A stretch of 23,319 nt of DNA from a virus (IMGVR_UViG_3300009095_001812:184990-208308), one strand, 5' to 3'; positions 7,552-13,369 are shown, counted from the first letter of the stretch. The notes: generated from the letters alone by a model not told the origin. Numbers and translations: made by a program.

Positions 7552-7667
7552 AGTAACGAAAAAACAAAGAGACTGTTTGTTCAACCCAGGATTTGAACCT
7601 GGAATATTCTGATTGCTCAGATGCGTTTACCATTTCGCGAGATGAAATCTCTTTTGGGCGCGTTACT
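7552..7667 (-). ncRNA. Y-RNA(YrlA)-like element, copy 5 (non-permuted D/anticodon-like/T module)
   Basis: AGTAACG/CGTTACT; AAAGAGA/TCTCTTT; interior GCG-AAATGGTAAA-CGC, TCTGA-GCAA-TCAGA, CCAGG-TTCAAAT-CCTGG. Confidence 0.7.
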
Positions 7668-7670
7668 TTG

Positions 7671-7743
7671 TGAACCCTCTCGGAATCGAACCGAGGATCT
7701 TCAGATTAAGAGTCTGATGCTGTTCCTATCTAGCTTAGGGTCC
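7671..7743 (-). tRNA. tRNA-Lys(CTT)
   Basis: Anticodon arm TCAGA-CTCTTAA-TCTGA. Confidence 0.9.
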
Positions 7744-7748
7744 TAATA

Positions 7749-7871
7749 AACAAACGAAAAAGTGCAGACAAATGGGCCGCCAGTATTACCGACGTTTTCC
7801 TTAGCCCCGGATGGAATCGAACCATCTCGCGCCCAATTTATGATAGATGAAATGTCTACGGCGCGTTTGTT
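7749..7871 (-). ncRNA. Y-RNA(YrlA)-like element, copy 6
   Basis: AACAAACG/CGTTTGTT (covarying); GTAGACA/TGTCTGC; interior TGGGC/GCCCA stem enclosing T-arm GATGG-TTCGATT-CCATC then a D-like hairpin. Confidence 0.7.
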
Positions 7872-7949
7872 GAACTTGTCCGCAACAGAGTAGCCTAACG
7901 GTGGTTTGCTATAATCGAACTTACTTCGATACTTCGTGCTCTATTGAAG

Positions 7950-8000
7950 TGGCGGAAGGTGAGGGAATTGAACCCCCAAGGCTATTACGCTCGGCACTTT
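7950..8000 (-). pseudogene. 3' half remnant of a Ser-type tRNA
   Basis: AAA-GTGCC-long variable arm-GGGGG-TTCAATT-CCCTC-ACCTTCC-G-CCA, starting at the HNH stop codon. Confidence 0.75.
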
Positions 8001-8605
8001 TATAAACCATAAAATCTAGCCCATTTTCTGACAGCGTTGTCAGAAACTCCAAACATCCTTCCGATAGATACCCAAGTTTTAGTATCTATTAATTTTGATA
8101 ACTCATCTTTACTGGGTCTTTCAACTTTTCTCAAATGAGTTCTTCCTATTCTTTTTTGAGATTCTTTATTAGGGAATCTACACTTTTTGTTACAAAAATG
8201 TTTAGCATATTTTTTCAATCTTGACGGCTGAACTCTTTTTTCCTTACCGCAAGTTGAACAAGATACGTATACAGGTTCTATAACATCTATAAATTGCCTA
8301 AGATATTTTTCTTTTTCTATAGACTCTTTTATATGCATCTCTTCATGAACCTCTCTATGACAATTGGAACAAAGTAATTGACATTTATCTAGTTCATTTT
8401 TTATAAATTTCCATTTCTTATTAGATATATGAGATACAGATTTATCTTTTTCATTTGGATCTTTGTGATGAAAATCCATAGCTGCATAACTTTTGTTGTA
8501 TCCACACCTTTCGCACTTTCCACCTTTATATTCTACAGCTTGTTTTTTAATTCGCCGCCGTCTTTCAGAAAGTTTCCAGTTTTGATATTGTTGTCTTTTG
8601 TTCAT
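8000..8605 (-). CDS. HNH homing endonuclease with C-terminal zinc motif and HTH
   Basis: CERCGY..DFHHKDP..KCQLLCSNCHREVH; VSIGRMFGVSDNAVRKWA; paralog of 10461..11219. Confidence 0.85.
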   Translation of the reverse strand: MNKRQQYQNWKLSERRRRIKKQAVEYKGGKCERCGYNKSYAAMDFHHKDPNEKDKSVSHISNKKWKFIKNELDKCQLLCSNCHREVHEEMHIKESIEKEKYLRQFIDVIEPVYVSCSTCGKEKRVQPSRLKKYAKHFCNKKCRFPNKESQKRIGRTHLRKVERPSKDELSKLIDTKTWVSIGRMFGVSDNAVRKWARFYGL

Positions 8606-8638
8606 GCTTGTATGTTCAATTATGCATACAAACTGGTG

Positions 8639-8722
8639 CGGAAAGCACTGGAGTCGAACCAGACACCTTTCGGTGCATTCTGATTAGCAGTCAGATGAGC
8701 AACCACTTACTCTTTACCTTCC
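8639..8722 (-). tRNA. tRNA-Ser(GCT)
   Basis: Anticodon arm TCTGA-CTGCTAA-TCAGA; variable arm; G73. Confidence 0.85.
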
Positions 8723-8727
8723 ATTTT

Positions 8728-8803
8728 GGTGACCGACGGGAATCGAACCCGCAAGAAACAACTGAGCCACAATCAGTCCGCTAACCAATTTGCGTTCGGT
8801 CAC
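8728..8803 (-). tRNA. tRNA-His(GTG)
   Basis: Anticodon arm ACTGA-TTGTGGC-TCAGT; C73; G-1 not encoded. Confidence 0.85.
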
Positions 8804-8805
8804 AG

Positions 8806-8842
8806 TGCAGGATGAGGGAATCGAACCCCCGACCTATTCCTT
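8806..8842 (-). pseudogene. 3' half of a split tRNA (partner of 9663..9688)
   Basis: AA-GGAAT-AGGTC-GGGGG-TTCGATT-CCCTC-ATCCTGC-A. Confidence 0.75.
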
Positions 8843-8898
8843 CTAATAATCCCACCGATCTTTAATCGAACCAATGACCTCTACTAATATCTTGGTAG

Positions 8899-9591
8899 AT
8901 GTATATGGGTATCTATTGGAACGATAAAGATTTTATTGAAGCTATAAAGAACAACAACACAATTAGTGATGTCCTGCGCGTTTTTGACATTCCTTCAAAC
9001 CAAGGATATTACAACAAGATGTTTCACGAAGATGTTGCAAGGTTGAATGTATCAACTATGCATTTTGTGAAGAGCAAACAGCCAGCAAATACTTGGCCAT
9101 TAGATCAAATACTTGTAGAAAATTCTTTTTATAAAGGAGGTTCTTATTATTTAAAGCTTCGACTTTTCAAAGAAAAATTACTTAAGAAAGAGTGTGCTGA
9201 GTGTGGTCAAGGACCAAAATGGAATGATAAAAAATTATCACTCCATCTCGATCATGTCAACGGAAATCCCAAAGATAACAGGATTGAAAATCTGAGGATT
9301 CTTTGTCCCAACTGTCACTCTCAGACAGAAACTTATTGTGGATCAAAAAAGAGAAAAGAAAAACATACTTACAAGTTTGTTTGTAAGTCTTGCGGCGGAC
9401 CAAAGAAGACATCACAGTCTACTTTGTGCAACAATTGCAGTGCAAAAACCAAAGCAAAATCAAAAATTGATTGGCCTAATAGTGATATCTTATCATCTAT
9501 GATACAAGACTTTGGTTATGAATATACTGGTAAAAAACTTGGCGTGTCTGGTAATGCTGTAAAAAAACATTACCAGAAATTTAGTGGATGA
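8899..9591 (+). CDS. HNH homing endonuclease with C-terminal zinc motif and HTH
   Basis: CAECGQGPKWNDKKLSLHLDHVNGNPKDNRIENLRILCPNCHSQT; CKSC..CNNC; KLGVSGNAVKK. Confidence 0.88.
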   Translation: MYMGIYWNDKDFIEAIKNNNTISDVLRVFDIPSNQGYYNKMFHEDVARLNVSTMHFVKSKQPANTWPLDQILVENSFYKGGSYYLKLRLFKEKLLKKECAECGQGPKWNDKKLSLHLDHVNGNPKDNRIENLRILCPNCHSQTETYCGSKKRKEKHTYKFVCKSCGGPKKTSQSTLCNNCSAKTKAKSKIDWPNSDILSSMIQDFGYEYTGKKLGVSGNAVKKHYQKFSG

Positions 9592-9659
9592 TACTGGACT
9601 CGAACCAGTGAAACCTCTGACTTGTAAAAACAGTGCTCTACCAACTGAGCTAATCATCC
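9585..9659 (-). tRNA. tRNA-Val(TAC)
   Basis: Acceptor GGATGAT/ATCATCC; loop TTTACAA; anticodon stem has one mismatch. Confidence 0.8.
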
Positions 9660-9662
9660 GCT

Positions 9663-9688
9663 GAATTACTCTACTGAGCTAATCCTGC
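9663..9688 (-). pseudogene. 5' half of a split tRNA (partner of 8806..8842)
   Basis: GCAGGAT-TA-GCTCAG-TAGAG-TA-ATTC; GCAGGAT perfectly complements ATCCTGC of the 3' remnant; D loop partly deleted. Confidence 0.7.
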
Positions 9689-9692
9689 ATAA

Positions 9693-9829
9693 GTAACGAA
9701 AAGGTGAAAGACCATTTTGTATCATAGTGCTTCCGTTACACCATACAGGCCGCTAAGCCTGCAACGGGATTCGAACCCGTACCTTTTGTTTCGTAGACAG
9801 TTAGATGAACGATCTCTCTAGCGCGTTGT
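9693..9829 (-). ncRNA. Y-RNA(YrlA)-like element, copy 7 (permuted module with CTACGAA loop)
   Basis: AACG/CGTT; GAGAGATC/GGTCTTTC; T-arm ACGGG-TTCGAAT-CCCGT; acceptor hairpin TGCAGGC/GCCTGTA; D-arm GTGTAACGGAAGCAC. Confidence 0.75.
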
Positions 9830-9832
9830 TTG

Positions 9833-9911
9833 TGTCCATAGAGGGACTCGAACCCCCACGCCGAAGCAATACGTTCTAAGCGTATCGTGTCTGCCATTCC
9901 ACCATATGGAC
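9833..9911 (-). tRNA. tRNA-Leu(TAG)
   Basis: Anticodon arm ATACG-CTTAGAA-CGTAT. Confidence 0.9.
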
Positions 9912-9937
9912 ATAGATATTCAATGTAGTTGTATTTG

Positions 9938-10012
9938 TCAGGGAGATAGGATTCGAACCTACAACCTTCTCACTCCAGATGAGACCGTCTACCAAGTTGA
10001 CATTACACCCTG
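9938..10012 (-). tRNA. tRNA-Pro(TGG)
   Basis: Anticodon arm TCTCA-TCTGGAG-TGAGA (C33); C1 acceptor CAGGGTG. Confidence 0.8.
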
Positions 10013-10077
10013 ATGTAGTTTTATATTATAAGTAGATTGCTAAATGCATAATTAGGCATAGAATTTGAGGTGCCATT

Positions 10078-10407
10078 ATGTTAAGTGACAACACTGGATT
10101 TACTCTAAGTATAGGAAAGCTAACTGCAATCATTATATCTGTTGTAGGTATGAGCTTTACTATAGGTATGTCTTATCAGTCTTTGATGCCTGATCGTGAG
10201 CTTCAAAAGAAGCAGACAGAAAAAATTGAAAAGATAGAAATCACAATGGAAAGAGTAACTACTGTACTTGAAAAACTAGAGGAGAAAACCTCTCAGCATT
10301 CTCAGGCTATCAATGACGTTCAAACTAAAATCAATACAGTAAACACTGAGGTTCAAGTAATTGGATCTTATGTAAAACAGAACGAAGAGAGAAAAGGAAG
10401 AAGATAA
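10078..10407 (+). CDS. Hypothetical single-TM coiled-coil protein (holin-like possible)
   Basis: N-terminal TM helix followed by heptad repeats; GAGGT SD upstream. Confidence 0.6.
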   Translation: MLSDNTGFTLSIGKLTAIIISVVGMSFTIGMSYQSLMPDRELQKKQTEKIEKIEITMERVTTVLEKLEEKTSQHSQAINDVQTKINTVNTEVQVIGSYVKQNEERKGRR

Positions 10408-10417
10408 CTTTCCAGAG

Positions 10418-10462
10418 TGCAGCGCGAGGGATTCGAACCCCCTCAGCCCGAAGGCGACAGTT
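10418..10462 (-). pseudogene. 3' half remnant of a type II (probably Tyr) tRNA
   Basis: AA-CTGTC-GCCTTCGGGCT-GA-GGGGG-TTCGAAT-CCCTC-GCGCTGC-A; the AA is shared with the HNH TAA stop. Confidence 0.7.
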
Positions 10463-11219
10463 AAATCTTTCGTAGCCAATATCCCTGTGGTGGTAATTCT
10501 ATATTATTATTTTTACACCTTTTTTTTATCGCCGTATCGGATACTCCTAGAGTTTTAGAAAGTTTTGATAATGGGTATTTCCAAACTAAATCTCCAAGGT
10601 TAGGTGGCCATTCTATTTTACAAATATAATTTGTAAAGATTGTTTTAGATTTTGGTTTATCAACGCCAAGTTCATTACAAATTCTTTTTAATGTAGAAAC
10701 AGAAACTTTAAGATTAGATGCTGCATCTGATAGATTCATTGAATTTAACAATTCAGATAAATATTTTTTTGAAGGTCTTGGTATTTTTGTAGTTTTTGAA
10801 TTACACGATCTACATTTTTGTGATTTACAATCAAACCTTACAGAAAATGGTTTTTTACAAGATTTACAAATTCTATTTTCTTTTATTTCATTTTGTAAAT
10901 CCTTCAAAAGGATTTTTTCAGAAGCTTGTTTTTTAGCACGTTGTCTTTCATGCTCTTCTATATGACAATTTGAACACAATAAAATACACTTATCCAATTC
11001 TGATTTTATTTTATCCCAAGACATCGTCGATTTTGAAATCGTAAAATCTTTTTTGGATGGATCTAAATGATGAAATTGCAAAGCTGTTATCGATTTATCA
11101 TAATCACAGTTTTCACATTTTCTACCTTTATAAATAACAGATTTTATTTTCAAATTTCTTCTAAAATCATTTATACGTACACGTTTTACTACCTTTTTGT
11201 ATTCGTCAATTTTGTTCAT
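10461..11219 (-). CDS. HNH homing endonuclease with zinc and HTH domains
   Basis: CENCDY..LQFHHLDP..KCILLCSNCHIEEH; two C-terminal HTH-like repeats. Confidence 0.85.
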   Translation of the reverse strand: MNKIDEYKKVVKRVRINDFRRNLKIKSVIYKGRKCENCDYDKSITALQFHHLDPSKKDFTISKSTMSWDKIKSELDKCILLCSNCHIEEHERQRAKKQASEKILLKDLQNEIKENRICKSCKKPFSVRFDCKSQKCRSCNSKTTKIPRPSKKYLSELLNSMNLSDAASNLKVSVSTLKRICNELGVDKPKSKTIFTNYICKIEWPPNLGDLVWKYPLSKLSKTLGVSDTAIKKRCKNNNIELPPQGYWLRKI

Positions 11220-11249
11220 ATATAGATACTACATTATTAGTAGTTCTAG

Positions 11250-11335
11250 TGAGGTGTGAGGGATTCGAACCCACTAGACTCACAAGAGTGTCTGATTTAC
11301 AGTCAGATCCGGCCCTCCAACTCCGGCGCTACCTC
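11250..11335 (-). tRNA. tRNA-Tyr(GTA) (imperfect acceptor and T stems)
   Basis: Anticodon arm TCTGA-CTGTAAA-TCAGA; variable arm; 2 acceptor mismatches. Confidence 0.75.
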
Positions 11336-11406
11336 AGGTGAACTCAGAACCCAACCTGCCTGTCTAGACCTAAATCCAAACAGAGCGGGTCAAGAGTTCA
11401 ATATCG

Positions 11407-11504
11407 TGGTGGGAGTAAGATTTGCACTTACGCAGGCTACTTGGATCTCAAGCATTACCAGGAGTTTTATAGACTCTTGCCCTCTCAAACAGGCGAGCCC
11501 CACC
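11407..11504 (-). tRNA. Tyr-like tRNA with ATA anticodon and very long variable arm
   Basis: Acceptor GGTGGGG/TCCCACC; AGAGT-CTATAAA-ACTCC; ~27-nt variable arm; T-arm GTAAG-TGCAAAT-CTTAC. Confidence 0.6.
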
Positions 11505-11605
11505 AAAATGAAGTATTCAGTTGTCAATGATCGAGGAGGGTTTCCCTCATCTATCTGAACAATCGATAACTTTTGTATCAATTGCGAACTTTAGCTTGTC
11601 GCTAG

Positions 11606-11677
11606 TTGGGGAACTGGGATTCGAACCCAGGTAGACAGCTTCAAAGGCTGCAGTCCTAGCCGCTGGACGATTCCCCA
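11606..11677 (-). tRNA. tRNA-Gln(TTG)
   Basis: Anticodon arm GCAGC-CTTTGAA-GCTGT; acceptor TGGGGAA/TTCCCCA. Confidence 0.9.
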
Positions 11678-11760
11678 AAATAAATATGAATTAAGATTAG
11701 ATAGTATTGTAATGAATTATTATGTTAGAATGTATAGTTGATGTTTAGAAATCAAATATG

Positions 11761-11793
11761 AAAAAACCGGCTCGGGATTTTTCCCTGCCGGTT
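11761..11793 (-). terminator. Rho-independent terminator-like hairpin upstream of the tRNA cluster
   Basis: AACCGGC-AGGGA-AAA-ATCCC-GAGCCGG followed by T6. Confidence 0.65.
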
Positions 11794-11823
11794 CTCGGAA
11801 ACGAAGTGTTTGTTTAGATCAAA

Positions 11824-11985
11824 TCAAATCGATTCGGTACTCCGGCAGGTGTCCTTCTGATAAAAGCGATTTTCGGCATTCCACGCACTTAGATCGCTGA
11901 TATTCAAGGAAATCTCAGGGCGCACGAGTGCATCGCCTTTTCTCAGGCATGCAGGCTTATGTTGATGTGCGCTAAATGAAGACAT
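11824..11985 (-). CDS. Small ORF / possible leader peptide (53 aa)
   Basis: MSSFSAHQHKPACLRKGDALVRPEISLNISDLSAWNAENRFYQKDTCRSTESI; AGGA SD; followed by terminator. Confidence 0.4.
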   Translation of the reverse strand: MSSFSAHQHKPACLRKGDALVRPEISLNISDLSAWNAENRFYQKDTCRSTESI

Positions 11986-12300
11986 GATTTCCTAGAAGGG
12001 TAGTTACCCACCGCGTAATATTATTTCAAAATATTAGTTGTTCTCGACCACAAAAGTTATTGAGTCGCAGTATTTGAAGCCCCACGCGGCTATTATTTCC
12101 CCGATGCTCAGGAGCTGCATTGAGCAAGAACTCATGGTGTAAGGCTAGGCCTTTGCCGCTGCCACCTTTGAATGTTGATCGACCGGACCCTGATGCGGGG
12201 GTTTTCCGAAACAAGGCCCGGTCTATCGACGCCCAGATGATGGGAAGACCACCACCTGTTCGCAACAGTAACCTCTTTGCAGGGTTGGGTCAAGGAAAAA

Positions 12301-12531
12301 TCAAACTTTTGTGGTGGGTATACCCCGAACCTTTCGCCGTCCTTCAAATTCAGCATTCAGTTGCTGGATTTGCTCTCTGGTCAGCCACTCGGCCCCGCAC
12401 TGATCGCACGCCGGGAACTCCAAGTCCTCCGGCACCTCGTAACCACTCTCACCTCTGTACGTCTTGAAACGCCCAGCGCCGGTAGAGAGTCGAAGTTTTG
12501 ACCCGCATTCATCACACAGATGGAGATCCAT
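12301..12531 (-). CDS. YgiT/MqsA-type zinc-finger protein (76 aa; start MDLHLC)
   Basis: CDECG...CDQCGAEWLT; AAGGAG SD; GC-rich. Confidence 0.6.
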   Translation of the reverse strand: MDLHLCDECGSKLRLSTGAGRFKTYRGESGYEVPEDLEFPACDQCGAEWLTREQIQQLNAEFEGRRKVRGIPTTKV

Positions 12532-12639
12532 ACGCTCCTTTTTTATTTTCTTATAACTTACAAAAAGATAAAGTGAAATTATCAGTGTTGTAATTATGAA
12601 AGATTTTAATATATAAATACTTATTTGTATTATCATATA

Positions 12640-12954
12640 TTATTTTTCAATATATTCCTTTTTTGGATCTCCATCTGGTCTACGACGGTTTGTATTTATA
12701 TGTCTATACCAACCTTCAGGATCATTTTTTCCATCCCAAACATTTGCTTGTTCAATAGCTTTTGGCGTATTGTGGTAACAGTACATTTGAGTAAAGCACA
12801 GATCATCTTCATCTTTTGCTAGAGTAATACGTGTGTTCTTGCCAAACATTTTGTGCAGCCGAACAACCTGGCCATCAGGTAAAACTCTCCGAACAAGAAG
12901 GAAAGGATCTGTTTTGTCATATTCTTTTGGGCTAAGCATCTGGAAACCCTTCAA
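12640..12954 (-). CDS. Hypothetical protein
   Basis: 104 aa; WDGKNDPEGWYRH motif; no function assigned. Confidence 0.65.
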   Translation of the reverse strand: MKGFQMLSPKEYDKTDPFLLVRRVLPDGQVVRLHKMFGKNTRITLAKDEDDLCFTQMYCYHNTPKAIEQANVWDGKNDPEGWYRHINTNRRRPDGDPKKEYIEK

Positions 12955-13156
12955 ATCTTCCTGACATCAAAGCTTTTCCAATAACAACAACCAAAGCATC
13001 ATGAATATTCTGAGGCGGAGTATCCAACCCAAGATCTTTGATTGATTCATCTATGGCAAAGCCAACATTAATGTTATCATTTTTAGATAACTTATCTAGT
13101 GCTTTTGGTATGACTAAAGCATATTTATAGCACAGTTCATATTGGTTTTTATTCAT
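12932..13156 (-). CDS. Hypothetical protein (start MNKNQY)
   Basis: TAATG coupling with upstream ORF. Confidence 0.55.
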   Translation of the reverse strand: MNKNQYELCYKYALVIPKALDKLSKNDNINVGFAIDESIKDLGLDTPPQNIHDALVVVIGKALMSGRFEGFPDA

Positions 13157-13350
13157 TAGTCTGGAAACATTACATGAATCCACATCCAGTCAGGAAATGA
13201 TTCATCTTTGAATTTGTTATCTTTATCTTCACATTCTTCATTTGAAACTGTTCCACCTGAAGATTTTGAAGATGAAGAGTTTGAAGTATTAGATTGATTC
13301 GAACACGAAACAATTATACTAAAAATGAATGTGCAATATAAAGGTTTCAT
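13156..13350 (-). CDS. Hypothetical lipoprotein-like protein
   Basis: Short hydrophobic N-terminus ending IVSC then Ser-rich linker. Confidence 0.45.
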   Translation of the reverse strand: MKPLYCTFIFSIIVSCSNQSNTSNSSSSKSSGGTVSNEECEDKDNKFKDESFPDWMWIHVMFPD

Positions 13351-13369
13351 ATATATAAAGATTTGGCGA

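Noticed and set aside
8843-9662. Group I intron in a tRNA anticodon loop
   Set aside because: No recognisable group I core by eye; the insert contains a complete tRNA and an antisense HNH gene, and the 5' exon is degenerate
11407-11504. tRNA-Sec or a stop-suppressor tRNA / recoded genome
   Set aside because: Anticodon is ATA not TCA, the acceptor is 7 bp, no CTA/TTA/TCA anticodons were found, and conserved proteins translate intact with code 11
453-11581. ORF-track entries such as 453..662, 3230..3436, 4393..4638, 5344..5637, 7085..7270, 8429..8683, 10276..10479, 11256..11558 and 11390..11581
   Set aside because: They overlap tRNAs or better-supported genes (mostly antisense) and lack protein motifs
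11824-11985. tmRNA tag reading frame
   Set aside because: No tRNA-Ala-like ends and the peptide does not end in an Ala-Ala-type degron
12026-12501. Overlapping ORFs 12026..12265, 12120..12467, 12132..12356 and 12277..12501 as genes
   Set aside because: Open frames on both strands are expected in a GC-rich patch; there are no convincing motifs or SD sequences, and none can be chosen without a homology search
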